Positions 24,122 to 33,536 of a DNA stretch of 64,000 bases are shown piece by piece. Origin of the DNA: Spirochaetota bacterium (GTDB lineage: Bacteria; Spirochaetota; Spirochaetia; SZUA-6); NCBI GenBank assembly GCA_013151965.1, contig JAADHF010000135.1, positions 32,580 to 96,579 of the forward strand, given 5' to 3'. Position numbers and translations under genes: made by a program. The notes under the pieces were generated by a model. That model had not been told where the DNA came from, made no database searches, and saw only the letters and a program-made list of their open reading frames with translations. Position 1 is the first letter of the stretch. Each line of letters starts with the position of its first letter.

Positions 24122-26461
24122 TTGAAAAAACAGGGAAAGAAAGATCTGATTACAGTAAATTCCGTCACAGATACATCCCGCAGAATTCCTATCATCGCCT
24201 TGCTGCCCTGCCTTTCCCTGGTATCGGCATCTCTCTTTATCTACCAGGTTACACTTACCAGGGTTTTCTCTCCGATGCTGCGGTATCACTTTGTTTTCCT
24301 GGTAACTTCGATGGCCATATTCGGCCTTGGTATCGGGGGATATATAGCTTATCGTCTTGCCGGCAGGAAAAGAAAAACTGCTTCCGCACTCCGGTTACCG
24401 GAGTGGCTGATGATTCTGGCCGCATCTTATATTCTATCTTTTTCTCTGATCTATAAACTTCCCTTTCTCGATTTCTATGTAGTTTACTCGATAATTGCCG
24501 CACTGCCGTTTTTGGCAGGAGGTGTTTTTATCTCCATGGTTTTTAAGATATTCTCCGGCCAGAGCTATAAGCTGTATTTTGCAGACCTTCTCGGTGCCGG
24601 GATTGGAAGCGTGACAGTCGTTTTTTTCATAAACCAATGGGGCATTGTAAATACGGTTCTGATCGCTATAGGATTTACAGTAATATCATCTCTGGTTCTA
24701 TCCTTTTACATGCTTGATAAAAAAGAAATGGTTGTGCCCATAAGTATAGCTGTTATCCTCGGAGTGGCAGGCATATACCAGCCCGGGATCAGGCAGTTCG
24801 AAGAGCGTTTTACCGGATATTTTACAAGCCCTTTGACTTCGTTAAGTACCTTCCGCTCCGCCAATGCTGCTCATTCTCTCCTGGATTGGAACTGGGATGC
24901 ATATTCCAGAACCGATCTGATAAAAACCGGGACTTTCCGGCAGAGCAGAATCGTTTCGATAGACGGGGGCTCCAACTCCGAGATGATTCGGTTCGACGGA
25001 GACCTGTCTAAGGTAAGCTGGCTTAAACAGGACCTTAATTATCTTCCCTTCGAAACAGGATCTAACAGGAAAACTCTGCTTATAGGGCCCGGCGGCGGCA
25101 AGGATATTCTGCTTGCAATATTGGCCGGAAGCAGGGATATCCAGGCCGTGGAAATAAATAACGGATCTGTCAGAATGGCAGAAAAATATGCTTCCTACAA
25201 CGGCGGTATATATAATCGTAAAGAAGTTACTCTGCATGTACAGGACGGCCGTAATTTTGTAAAACAGGCACCCGCCGGGTCCTACGACCTTATCTATCTT
25301 GCACAGGTTATGACCGATGCAGCCGAAACCGTCGGTTTTGCCCTTGCGGAAAATTTCATCTACACGAAGGAGGCGGTTAAGGACTACTGGAATGCACTCA
25401 ATGATCAGGGGCGGCTCGCTTTTATCCTCCACGATGAGAAGGATATGACCAGATTACTGCTTACCATACAGGAATCCCTTGCGGATATGGGAATTTCGGA
25501 GGAACAGTTCAGGAAACGCCTTATTCTCGTAAACAGAAGAATGCCCGGCTCCTCTCCCCAAACCATAAATATGCCTCTGCTGATGGTCAGGAAGTCTCCT
25601 TTTACCCCTATGGAAACAGCCGAAATATTTCAAGAGATTAAATCCGGAAGACACACACCCATTTACATTCCCTATGTCACGGGAGAAAAATTCTGGACAA
25701 ATCTGAAACAGTTCAGGGATGCGGCTAAGAAACTTAAATTTACACAGAGGCTTAATTTTACTCCGACCACCGACGACAGACCTTACTTTTTCGATTTCGA
25801 AAGCAGTATAAATACCAGTCTGTTGATTATTCTGGCCGGAGTAATTTTAATCGCCCTGTTATTGTTTAAACCGGCTTTTCGAAAAACCGCCTTAAAAAGA
25901 TCCCCCTACTATTTTATAGGATTGGGGCTGGCTTTTATGCTGGTCGAAATACCATTGATTCAGAAGTTTACACTTTTTCTCGGACATCCCACCCGTTCGT
26001 TTATTGTGGTACTTATTGCCCTGTTATCCGGAGGCGGAGCAGGCAGTCTGGCCGGAGGCTGGAAAAGATTTCATTTAAACAGAAAGTACCTGCCTTTAAT
26101 CCTGGTATCCCTTTTTGCGCCGGTTGTTTTTATACTGATCAATACAGTCATCAATAATTGGCAGATTAAATCATTGGAATTACGGGTACTTGTCTCTTTC
26201 GGGCTGCTTTTTCCATTGGGTTTCTTTATGGGAATGCCCTTTCCCCACGGCATTAAAACCCTGAACCTGGTAAAGAAAGAAAACGCAGTACCCCTTATGT
26301 GGGGCATTAACGGAACAATGTCGGTGGGAGGTTCCGTGCTGGCTGTTATTATCTCCATGAAAATCGGTTTTTCATTTTCTATCGGCGCCGGGGCTCTGAT
26401 TTATCTTATGTTATTTTTATTCATGCCGCTGTATGAAAAAAAGTGGGGGCCGGTATTATGA
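24122..26461 (+). CDS. Polytopic membrane protein fused to a spermidine-synthase-like methyltransferase-fold domain
   Basis: It has a TTG start with a GGAGG RBS. The N-terminal TM bundle contains IYQVTLTRVFSPMLRYHFVFLVTSMAIFGLGIGG. The central LLIGPGGGKDILLAILAGSRDIQAVEINNG is a SAM/polyamine-synthase-type Gly-rich motif. There is also a C-terminal TM bundle. Confidence 0.7.
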   Translation: MKKQGKKDLITVNSVTDTSRRIPIIALLPCLSLVSASLFIYQVTLTRVFSPMLRYHFVFLVTSMAIFGLGIGGYIAYRLAGRKRKTASALRLPEWLMILAASYILSFSLIYKLPFLDFYVVYSIIAALPFLAGGVFISMVFKIFSGQSYKLYFADLLGAGIGSVTVVFFINQWGIVNTVLIAIGFTVISSLVLSFYMLDKKEMVVPISIAVILGVAGIYQPGIRQFEERFTGYFTSPLTSLSTFRSANAAHSLLDWNWDAYSRTDLIKTGTFRQSRIVSIDGGSNSEMIRFDGDLSKVSWLKQDLNYLPFETGSNRKTLLIGPGGGKDILLAILAGSRDIQAVEINNGSVRMAEKYASYNGGIYNRKEVTLHVQDGRNFVKQAPAGSYDLIYLAQVMTDAAETVGFALAENFIYTKEAVKDYWNALNDQGRLAFILHDEKDMTRLLLTIQESLADMGISEEQFRKRLILVNRRMPGSSPQTINMPLLMVRKSPFTPMETAEIFQEIKSGRHTPIYIPYVTGEKFWTNLKQFRDAAKKLKFTQRLNFTPTTDDRPYFFDFESSINTSLLIILAGVILIALLLFKPAFRKTALKRSPYYFIGLGLAFMLVEIPLIQKFTLFLGHPTRSFIVVLIALLSGGGAGSLAGGWKRFHLNRKYLPLILVSLFAPVVFILINTVINNWQIKSLELRVLVSFGLLFPLGFFMGMPFPHGIKTLNLVKKENAVPLMWGINGTMSVGGSVLAVIISMKIGFSFSIGAGALIYLMLFLFMPLYEKKWGPVL

Positions 26462-26997
26462 GAAACAGCAGCCGGATAGTTATATTTTCAGTGGGATTTT
26501 CTCTCCTTACAGCTCTTGTACTGCACCTCTCCTCGGGTAATTATATCTTTATTCCCCGGGAAAGCTCACCTGTAAACCGAACCGCAGCAGGAGTAAAAGA
26601 AACGGATACCAGAATAGCCCGCCTGGTCAGAACCAGCGGCGTCGTCGAGCCCGGCAATGTGGAAGTACAGATTCTCTTCATGAATCCGCTTAATAGTTCA
26701 AAAGAAAACAGTCTCGTATTCAGATTATCCTTTAATACCCTTAATGTGGATTTAAAAAACTATGACATAACAAAGAATGCCATCTTCGAGGACAGCAGGG
26801 GAAAAAAAATTACAAGCGGTTTTAAATGGAAAGAAACGCACAATCTGGGTTACCGCCATATCATGGGTATTTTAACGGTTTCTGATCCGGGAGAACAGAA
26901 GGCTATACCGGCAGGTAAAATAAAATGGATCAAACTGATTCTAAACGGAATACCCAACATCAGCAAACGGGAATTCCGGTGGAAATTAATCAGTTGA
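26458..26997 (+). CDS. Hypothetical membrane-anchored protein
   Basis: An ATGA overlap with the upstream gene favours a start at 26458 (MRNSSRIVIFSVGFSLLTALVLHL is an N-terminal TM). I recognised no domain. Confidence 0.4.
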   Translation: MRNSSRIVIFSVGFSLLTALVLHLSSGNYIFIPRESSPVNRTAAGVKETDTRIARLVRTSGVVEPGNVEVQILFMNPLNSSKENSLVFRLSFNTLNVDLKNYDITKNAIFEDSRGKKITSGFKWKETHNLGYRHIMGILTVSDPGEQKAIPAGKIKWIKLILNGIPNISKREFRWKLIS

Positions 26998-27616
26998 TAC
27001 GGATGCCGGGTTTTTCCGTTATTATAAGGCGGACAATATCCAGCAGAAGATGACGTACGTGCAGTATTATTAAGCCCGAGTTTTCTATGTTCTTCTGCGT
27101 TTCGCGCACCATCGAAGTTCCCAGCAAAATACGGCTGAATATATTCATCAGGTAGAGAAAGGGATTGACAAGAGGATTTTTACTCCTCATATGCTCCAGG
27201 AATACCGCTCTGCCGCCGGGTTTAAGGACCCTGTAAACCTCTGCCAGACCCTTAACAGGATCCGGTACCGTGCAGAAGACAAAAGTACTGATAACCGAGT
27301 CGAAGGTATTATCTTCAAAAGAAAGCCGCTCGATATCCATCTCTTTAAGCTCCACCCCCTGCATTCCCAGCTGCTCTTTCTTTTCCCCGGCCCTGCGCAG
27401 CATTCCCGGGCTGAAATCTATCGCAGTCAGTTCTACCCCGGAACGGTAATGGGAAAGATTCTTCCCGGTACCGACGCCGACCTCGAGAACCTTTCCTCCT
27501 GCCAGAGATACGGCAAGATGCCGGAACCTGCGGAAAAAATGATTTTCGATTATACCTTCCATGCGGTCGTAACGCATGGAAGCACGATCATATTTCTGTG
27601 CTGTGGACCGTTTCAT
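26990..27616 (-). CDS. Class I SAM-dependent methyltransferase
   Basis: Motif I is VLEVGVGTGKN. The post-I acidic residue, LKPGGRAVFLEH, is typical of UbiE/COQ5-type methyltransferases. Confidence 0.8.
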   Translation of the reverse strand: MKRSTAQKYDRASMRYDRMEGIIENHFFRRFRHLAVSLAGGKVLEVGVGTGKNLSHYRSGVELTAIDFSPGMLRRAGEKKEQLGMQGVELKEMDIERLSFEDNTFDSVISTFVFCTVPDPVKGLAEVYRVLKPGGRAVFLEHMRSKNPLVNPFLYLMNIFSRILLGTSMVRETQKNIENSGLIILHVRHLLLDIVRLIITEKPGIRIN

Positions 27617-27721
27617 AATAGCTTTTACCCTCCGATACCCTTCCGGCCAGGGGTATTGTTAAGTTACTCATTACCTTGCGGCAAGTCAACTTTACCCCTT
27701 GCCTTTTTAGCGGCCCGGTAT

Positions 27722-27763
27722 TATATTTACTACACCCCACCCCAGCGGGGTGTAGTAAATATA
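27722..27763. promoter_or_regulatory. Perfect 17-bp inverted repeat (operator or 5'-UTR hairpin) just upstream of the binding-protein gene
   Basis: TATATTTACTACACCCC (27722..27738) pairs with GGGGTGTAGTAAATATA (27747..27763), with an 8-nt loop. The AGGAGG RBS at 27771..27776 and the ATG at 27781 follow. Confidence 0.6.
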
Positions 27764-27780
27764 TGTATCAGGAGGCCTTT

Positions 27781-28827
27781 ATGAAACTCTTATTAATCCT
27801 GGTGACCTTTGCTTTTACTTTCGGCTTTCTGCCGGGAGAAGCGCAGGCAGCCGGAAAAAAGGAAACGGCAAAAGATTCGGGAAAACCGACTTTCGGTATT
27901 GTTCATATTACATTTAATTCTATTTTCACCTATAATTCCGTTAGATATCAAAGTTTTGATCCAAGCTACAGGAAAGAGTGGAAACGGTTGTCGAATAAGT
28001 ACGACTTTAATTTAATCGAGGTGGAGGGAGGCGTTGCCTTCGATACCACTTCGATGGCAGTCAGACGTTTAATCGCACTTAACGTGGATGCGATCCTGCT
28101 TTTCCAGCACGAACCTGCCATTACGAGAGCCGCGGTAAAACAGGCTCAAAGTGCAGGTATACCTGTTGCAGTACACGGAATAAGAGAATCGGACGGAGAG
28201 ACTGCTCCCTACATCGGATTTACAGAATATAAAACCTGCTACGAACTGGGAAAACGTTTCGCGGAATATTTTCGGGAAAAAAATCCGGGCATAAAAGCAA
28301 ACGTACTCGTTCTAAACGCACGAACGGTTATATCGAATATCGAAAGGGAAAGAGGATTCACCGACGGGTTCAAGTCGGTGATTACAGACTCTGTATTTAT
28401 TCACAAGTATGAGGATACGGGTTCTGCAGACAGCGCCCGGAATGTCGTCGAAGCAACCCTTCGGGGAAGAAAAGACATCAATATCATTTATGCAACAAGT
28501 GATTTAAGGGCTCAAGGTGCTCTTTCCGCATTGCGTATGTATTCCGGTCCCCGGAATAATCCTATACTGATAGCCGGAGTAGGCGGGTCCGCCGGTGCAA
28601 TGAGGCAGGTTACAAATCCGAAAAGTCCCTGGAAAGGAGAAGTAGGGCTGGCAATTAAGGAAGCTGCAGATAAATCCTATGAAGTTCTTAATAAAATGAT
28701 TTCCGGGGAAATTCCGGTAAAATCGAACAAAGAATTTCTTGTTGAGTCATACGTTTTTGTTAATCCCACTATTAAAGAGGGAGAGGAGTACCTTAAAAAG
28801 AATCATGGAATCGATCTTAACCCCTGA
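27781..28827 (+). CDS. Periplasmic sugar-binding protein (LacI/RbsB-type periplasmic binding fold), no cognate permease adjacent
   Basis: The start is re-called at MKLLLILVTFAFTFGFLPGEAQA (signal peptide, strong RBS). VDAILLFQHEPAITRAAVKQAQSAGIPVAVHG is typical of Peripla_BP sugar binders. Confidence 0.65.
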   Translation: MKLLLILVTFAFTFGFLPGEAQAAGKKETAKDSGKPTFGIVHITFNSIFTYNSVRYQSFDPSYRKEWKRLSNKYDFNLIEVEGGVAFDTTSMAVRRLIALNVDAILLFQHEPAITRAAVKQAQSAGIPVAVHGIRESDGETAPYIGFTEYKTCYELGKRFAEYFREKNPGIKANVLVLNARTVISNIERERGFTDGFKSVITDSVFIHKYEDTGSADSARNVVEATLRGRKDINIIYATSDLRAQGALSALRMYSGPRNNPILIAGVGGSAGAMRQVTNPKSPWKGEVGLAIKEAADKSYEVLNKMISGEIPVKSNKEFLVESYVFVNPTIKEGEEYLKKNHGIDLNP

Positions 28828-28845
28828 CGGGAAACCTCGTCCGTC

Positions 28846-29250
28846 ATGACAGGTCCAAAGCCTAACCGGTTTCGCAGCAGGTATGTGCATGTCAGGTTTC
28901 TCGATGTGCTTGTATTCGTATTATCTCTTGCAATGATTGCCGTGATCAGCGTCAAGGCATACAGCGGGCAGGGGAAGAAATCCCTGGTGCTGATCACTTC
29001 GCCCAAAGGCCAATGGCTGTTCCCCGTCTCCATCAGGAAGGTATTAAGCGTAACAGACGTGCCGGGGGGCTGTGTGGTTTCGATCAATAACGGCTCTGTC
29101 CGTGTAATCAGATCTAACTGCCCCAGGCAGATATGCGTTCGTACAGGGAGCATCTCTCGTCCCGGACAGTGGATTGCCTGCATGCCCCATAGAGTCTTTA
29201 TAAGAATTGTAGGAAACGAAAATAACCCGATCGATGCAGTCAGTTTTTAA
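28846..29250 (+). CDS. NusG domain II-containing protein
   Basis: It has an N-terminal TM. The C-terminal SINNGSVRVIRSNCPRQICVRTGSISRPGQWIACMPHRVFIRIVG matches the NusG_II (CPxQxC...ClP) pattern. Confidence 0.55.
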   Translation: MTGPKPNRFRSRYVHVRFLDVLVFVLSLAMIAVISVKAYSGQGKKSLVLITSPKGQWLFPVSIRKVLSVTDVPGGCVVSINNGSVRVIRSNCPRQICVRTGSISRPGQWIACMPHRVFIRIVGNENNPIDAVSF

Positions 29251-29274
29251 AATACCATACAAATGCTGTGCAGT

Positions 29275-30810
29275 TTAACTATTATCCAGTGCACTTAAGT
29301 CTCTATAGACCGGTTTAAGTGCCCCGTACAGGCTGTGGTAAATGTTATACATATCTTCGTATATGTTTTTATTATCAGGATTCGGAATCGTCTCCGTTTC
29401 CTTTTTAAGAACACCGATCGCATCATCCACACTGCTCCACACCCCGACTCCGGCGCCTGCCACAAGGGCAGCACCATATGCACCGCCTTCGCCGCTTCCG
29501 CTTACCGTAATTACAGGGCTCTGGAAAACATCGGCCTGGATCTGCCGCCATAAGGGGCTTAAAGATCCTCCTCCGGATGTTCTTATCTCCGTAACGGAAC
29601 CATCCATACCGTGAATCAATGCATAAACATCCCTTAAGCTGAACACAACTCCCTCAAGGACCGAACGGGTAATTTCCGGTTTCCCGTGATGAAGACCGAG
29701 GCCTATAAAAGCCCCCCTTGCTGCCGGGTCAGTATAGGGACACCGCTCACCGGTAAGATACGGCAGAAAGATGAGCCCCTTCGACCCGGGAGGCACTCCC
29801 TCCGCCGCTCTGTCCATTAAGGCATAGACATCCCCGCCTGTTTCTTCGGCTTTCTTCTTTTCCATCTCTCCAAAGGCATCACGGAACCACCTGTAAGCTC
29901 CGCCTGCGTTAAGGGTAACCCCCATAACATGCCAGGTGGAAGGTGTATTGTTGCAGAACACCTGCAGGAGCCCTTCCCTATTGGGATGATACCCGCTTAG
30001 TCCCATGGCGGCAATACCCGAGGTTCCTATAATGGTTCCCAGTACACCGGACCTGATAAGGCCCATTCCGGTTGTCTGAATAACCGCATCACCGCCCCCT
30101 CCTGCTACAGGCAGGCCTTCGGGCAGACCGGTTAATTCTGCGGTTTTCCGTGTAATACGGCCTGTAATTTCGGCGGATTCATGGCAGGAAGGCAGAAGGC
30201 TTAAAGGAATATCAAGCAGGGAAAGCAGCTTCACCGACCAGGTTCTGTGCTCCACATCGAACAGCCCGGTACCGGATGCATCCGAAACCTCTGTGGCCGT
30301 CTCGCCTGTTAGCCGCATACGGATATAATCCTTCGGATTAAGAAAATGCGTCATTTTTTCATAATTTTCAGGTTCATTCGCGCGAAGCCATAACAGTTTA
30401 CCCGCTGTATATCCTGGAAGCATCTGGTTATTAGTAAGTTTAAGCAGACCGGAAAGACCTCCCGCCTTTTTAAGAATAAGCCCGCACTGTTCCGTTGTCC
30501 GCTGGTCGTTCCACAGTATTGCCGGCCGTATAACCTCATCATGTTTATCAAGCGCCACAAGCCCGTGCATCTGGCCGCTTAAGCCCACACCTCTGATATC
30601 ACCGGCAGAAACACCTGTTTTTTTAAGCAGTTCGGCTATTCCTCCGGTAACCGCTGCCCACCAATCCGCAGGCTCCTGTTCCGCCCAGCCGGCACGGGGC
30701 GTACTTAGAGGGTATTCCTTAAGCGCGGACCCGGCAGCTTCGCCCTTACTATCAATCAAAATACTCTTACACCCGGATGTACCGATATCTATGCCCAACA
30801 GGTATTCCAT
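29275..30810 (-). CDS. xylB: Xylulokinase (FGGY carbohydrate kinase)
   Basis: MEYLLGIDIGTSGCKSILID...AGWAEQEPADWW is followed by FGGY N- and C-terminal domain motifs (GLSGQMHG, GGGSLSPLWRQIQADV). Confidence 0.85.
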   Translation of the reverse strand: MEYLLGIDIGTSGCKSILIDSKGEAAGSALKEYPLSTPRAGWAEQEPADWWAAVTGGIAELLKKTGVSAGDIRGVGLSGQMHGLVALDKHDEVIRPAILWNDQRTTEQCGLILKKAGGLSGLLKLTNNQMLPGYTAGKLLWLRANEPENYEKMTHFLNPKDYIRMRLTGETATEVSDASGTGLFDVEHRTWSVKLLSLLDIPLSLLPSCHESAEITGRITRKTAELTGLPEGLPVAGGGGDAVIQTTGMGLIRSGVLGTIIGTSGIAAMGLSGYHPNREGLLQVFCNNTPSTWHVMGVTLNAGGAYRWFRDAFGEMEKKKAEETGGDVYALMDRAAEGVPPGSKGLIFLPYLTGERCPYTDPAARGAFIGLGLHHGKPEITRSVLEGVVFSLRDVYALIHGMDGSVTEIRTSGGGSLSPLWRQIQADVFQSPVITVSGSGEGGAYGAALVAGAGVGVWSSVDDAIGVLKKETETIPNPDNKNIYEDMYNIYHSLYGALKPVYRDLSALDNS

Positions 30811-30902
30811 GCAAACCTCCTTTTGTTACAGATCATTATTTTATATAAAAGAATACAGTCCTTCGTACAGCAGGCAGAACCGGCTTTTTTAAAAGAGAGA
30901 GA

Positions 30903-31694
30903 TTAGTGCCGCACCTTTACCGTGATAACCTCCACCCCTCTATTCGTCAATACCCTGACAGTACCTTCCGGAGCCTCTGCATCCGTTATAATAACATCTA
31001 CTTCATTAAACTCTGCAAAATTTTTAAAGGAAACTCTTCCCCACTTCGTCGAATCTATTAAAACAAATATTCTTTTTGCACGCAGCAGAGCATCGCGTTT
31101 AACAGCTATCTCCTTAAGATTAACATCTGTCAGGCCTTCTTTTAAGGATAATCCCCAGGCCCCTAAAAAGGCCTTCGAAATGTTTCCCTCGGGAAGGACA
31201 CAGGATAACGAGGCACCTACCAGGGAAAAGGTTTCTTTCCGCACCATACCCCCGGAAAGGATGATCGATACCTGCGGCAGTTTATTAAGCTGATATGCCG
31301 TTTCCACATTATTGGTGATAACGGTTATCTCATGCTTTTCCGCCAGATACGGAACCATAAAGGATGCCGTAGAACTCGAATCCAGATAAATCACCTCACC
31401 GTCCTTAACGAATTCCGCAGCAGCTTCTGCAATTATTTCTTTTTCTATTTTCCTTTTCTGTCTTCTTAAAGGAAACGGGAGCTCTGCACTATTATTTTCT
31501 ATATAAACAGCACCGCCGTGGGTCCTCACAATTACACCGGTAGATGAAAGGACATTCAGATCCTGGCGGATAGTCACATCGGAGATCGTAAAGAGTTCGC
31601 TTAACTGTTTAACGGTAACCCTTCTTTTATCCCTTATAATTGATAGTATTCTGTTTCTTCTTTCCTCGACGAATACGCTTTCGATTTCTTTCAT
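30903..31694 (-). CDS. DeoR/GlpR-family transcriptional regulator
   Basis: The N-terminal HTH is RRNRILSIIRDKRRVTVKQLSELFTISDVTIRQDLNVL. The C-terminal sugar-phosphate sensor domain is DeoR_C. Confidence 0.85.
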   Translation of the reverse strand: MKEIESVFVEERRNRILSIIRDKRRVTVKQLSELFTISDVTIRQDLNVLSSTGVIVRTHGGAVYIENNSAELPFPLRRQKRKIEKEIIAEAAAEFVKDGEVIYLDSSSTASFMVPYLAEKHEITVITNNVETAYQLNKLPQVSIILSGGMVRKETFSLVGASLSCVLPEGNISKAFLGAWGLSLKEGLTDVNLKEIAVKRDALLRAKRIFVLIDSTKWGRVSFKNFAEFNEVDVIITDAEAPEGTVRVLTNRGVEVITVKVRH

Positions 31695-31785
31695 TTTCTT
31701 TTACTATACATATCCAACATGTTTTGTAAAGCCGTCAGGCACCTGATTTACAATATCATTGCAATAAAGATATTTTACTTTATAT

Positions 31786-31814
31786 TTGACCTTTTTCTGC
31801 CGTTTTATTATATT
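31786..31814 (+). promoter_or_regulatory. Candidate sigma70 promoter for the 57-aa small ORF
   Basis: TTGACC (31786..31791), 17-nt spacer, TATATT (31809..31814). A 9-bp inverted repeat, AAACAGAAT (31821..31829) / ATTCTGTTT (31847..31855), lies between the -10 and the RBS. Confidence 0.35.
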
Positions 31815-31874
31815 ATTATCAAACAGAATACTAAATAATATTTAAAATTCTGTTTTAATTATAGGAGGTGTATT

Positions 31875-32048
31875 ATGAAACATTCGGAAATTGCCGGAGC
31901 AGCGGAATATCCTTTCTATGCAGCCATACTTCCATTTGAAGGCAGGAAATACAGAAAACCGGTTTCTATTAATGAGGCCGCAATAACGATGGCCCTGGCA
32001 CCGTTTTACGCCCTGAACCTTGCGGAGGGGGCTGTTGTAATCAACTAA
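31875..32048 (+). CDS. Small ORF (57 aa), unknown function
   Basis: It is below the 60-aa cutoff of the ORF track. It has an AGGAGG RBS at 31863..31868, 6 nt before the ATG. It translates MKHSEIAGAAEYPFYAAILPFEGRKYRKPVSINEAAITMALAPFYALNLAEGAVVIN. It has its own promoter-like and terminator-like signals. Confidence 0.35.
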   Translation: MKHSEIAGAAEYPFYAAILPFEGRKYRKPVSINEAAITMALAPFYALNLAEGAVVIN

Positions 32049-32080
32049 CAGCATACTATCCGTTTAGAACCACCATAACA

Positions 32081-32124
32081 GACCGTCTGCCTTTTTCCTC
32101 CTTTTTAGGCAGGCGGTTCTTTTT
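32081..32124 (+). terminator. Candidate intrinsic terminator after the small ORF
   Basis: GACCGTCTGCC (32081..32091) pairs with GGCAGGCGGTTC (32108..32119), with one G.U pair and a 16-nt loop. TTTTT follows at 32120..32124. Confidence 0.4.
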
Positions 32125-32171
32125 CTGCCGTCCATGTAGTGCCGGTTGCAGGAAATAATCAGACAACATCG

Positions 32172-32200
32172 TTGACACTACTGCAAATAGTTAATATCAT
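32172..32200 (+). promoter_or_regulatory. Candidate sigma70 promoter for the oxidoreductase/radical-SAM pair
   Basis: TTGACA (32172..32177), 17-nt spacer, TATCAT (32195..32200), about 60 nt upstream of the ATG at 32262. Confidence 0.35.
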
Positions 32201-32261
32201 GATGTGTGTTTAAATATTACTCTTACAGTCACAATAAATCAACAATTTCCGGAGGTAATAA

Positions 32262-33515
32262 ATGAGCCGACCTATCGACGTGACTATTATCGGCGGAGGA
32301 ATGATAACAAACGATTTGATACTTCCGTCCATCTATCATCTCCAAAGAACAGGTATCGCGGGGAATATAAACATCTGCGCACTTAACAACCCGCCTTTAA
32401 AGGCATTAATGGACAATAAGGAATTCCGCGAGGCATTCCCCGGACAGGTTTTTATCCCTTATCCGTCACTGTCGGAACCGGAGGATAAAAACTTTCCGGA
32501 GCTGTACAAGGATGTTTTAAAAAATATGAAACCGAGACAGGCTGTTGTTGTAGCGATGCCGGACCAGCTCCACTATCAGGTTGTCATGGATGCTCTAAAA
32601 AATAACCAGAATGTACTCTGTGTTAAACCTCTTGTGCTGAATTATGATCAGTCGGAAGAAATAAGAGAGATTGCCCATAAAAAAGGCCTCTTTGTAGGGG
32701 TCGAGTATCATAAACGTTTTGATAAACGGTCTTTAATGGCCAGAAGTCAGTATTCACAGGGGCACTTCGGGGAATTCGTAATGGGAGAGGCAAAAATGAT
32801 AGAGCCGTATCTTTACCGTTTCTCCAATTTTCAGAACTGGTTTACTGCCGATAAAACCGATCCCTTTACCTATGTAGGCTGTCACTATGTGGATATTGTT
32901 TACTATATTACAGGATTAAGACCTGCGGAAGTCTCTGTTATCGGAATCAAGGGGAAATTCCCCAACGGAAATACGGGCTACCTCTGGTCGCACGGCAGAG
33001 TGCTGTATGAAAACGGCGCAATACTTTCGGTAATCGACGGGTTAGGCTATCCTGATGAAGGAGCGGGGAGCAACGAGCAGTGCCTTACAATGTTCTGTGA
33101 AGGAAAGGGAAAAACCGGCATGATTAAACACAATGATCAGTCTAGAGGCGTAACGCACAGCTATCTGGAAGGAATAGGAGTTGCGGGTTCTCATTTTAAC
33201 TTTATAAATCCGGACTTCTATCAGCTTCTGCCGTGGGAAGGCGAAGGGTACAAACCGTCGGGATACGGATATGACTCCATTGCGGCCACCATCAACACAA
33301 TATACAGAATGGAAAACAATGCAGCCTCCCTGCCGGAAGACAGGGCCATGGAAGTACGGCGCCGTACCATAGAGGAAACGGACAAAAAGGGGATTATTGC
33401 AACACCGGCGAACAGCTTTATAAACGAACTTGTCGTGGAAGCGGCGAGAAAGTCTATTCTGAATAACGGGGTATCTGTTAGAATAGTATATGATGATCAT
33501 CCTCATATCGAATAA
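32262..33515 (+). CDS. Gfo/Idh/MocA-family NAD(P)-dependent oxidoreductase
   Basis: The N-terminal Rossmann motif is VTIIGGGMITNDLILPS. It has MPDQLHYQVVMDALKNNQNVLCVKP and a conserved EYHKRFD segment. Confidence 0.8.
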   Translation: MSRPIDVTIIGGGMITNDLILPSIYHLQRTGIAGNINICALNNPPLKALMDNKEFREAFPGQVFIPYPSLSEPEDKNFPELYKDVLKNMKPRQAVVVAMPDQLHYQVVMDALKNNQNVLCVKPLVLNYDQSEEIREIAHKKGLFVGVEYHKRFDKRSLMARSQYSQGHFGEFVMGEAKMIEPYLYRFSNFQNWFTADKTDPFTYVGCHYVDIVYYITGLRPAEVSVIGIKGKFPNGNTGYLWSHGRVLYENGAILSVIDGLGYPDEGAGSNEQCLTMFCEGKGKTGMIKHNDQSRGVTHSYLEGIGVAGSHFNFINPDFYQLLPWEGEGYKPSGYGYDSIAATINTIYRMENNAASLPEDRAMEVRRRTIEETDKKGIIATPANSFINELVVEAARKSILNNGVSVRIVYDDHPHIE

Positions 33516-33536
33516 ACCGGTTACAATTATTTTATT

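Noticed and set aside
31996-32010. A TGGCAC hexamer as a sigma-54 -24 element. Another TGGCAC occurs at 294..299.
   Set aside because: The -12 position reads TACG or GGCC instead of TTGC. Both sites lie inside coding sequence.
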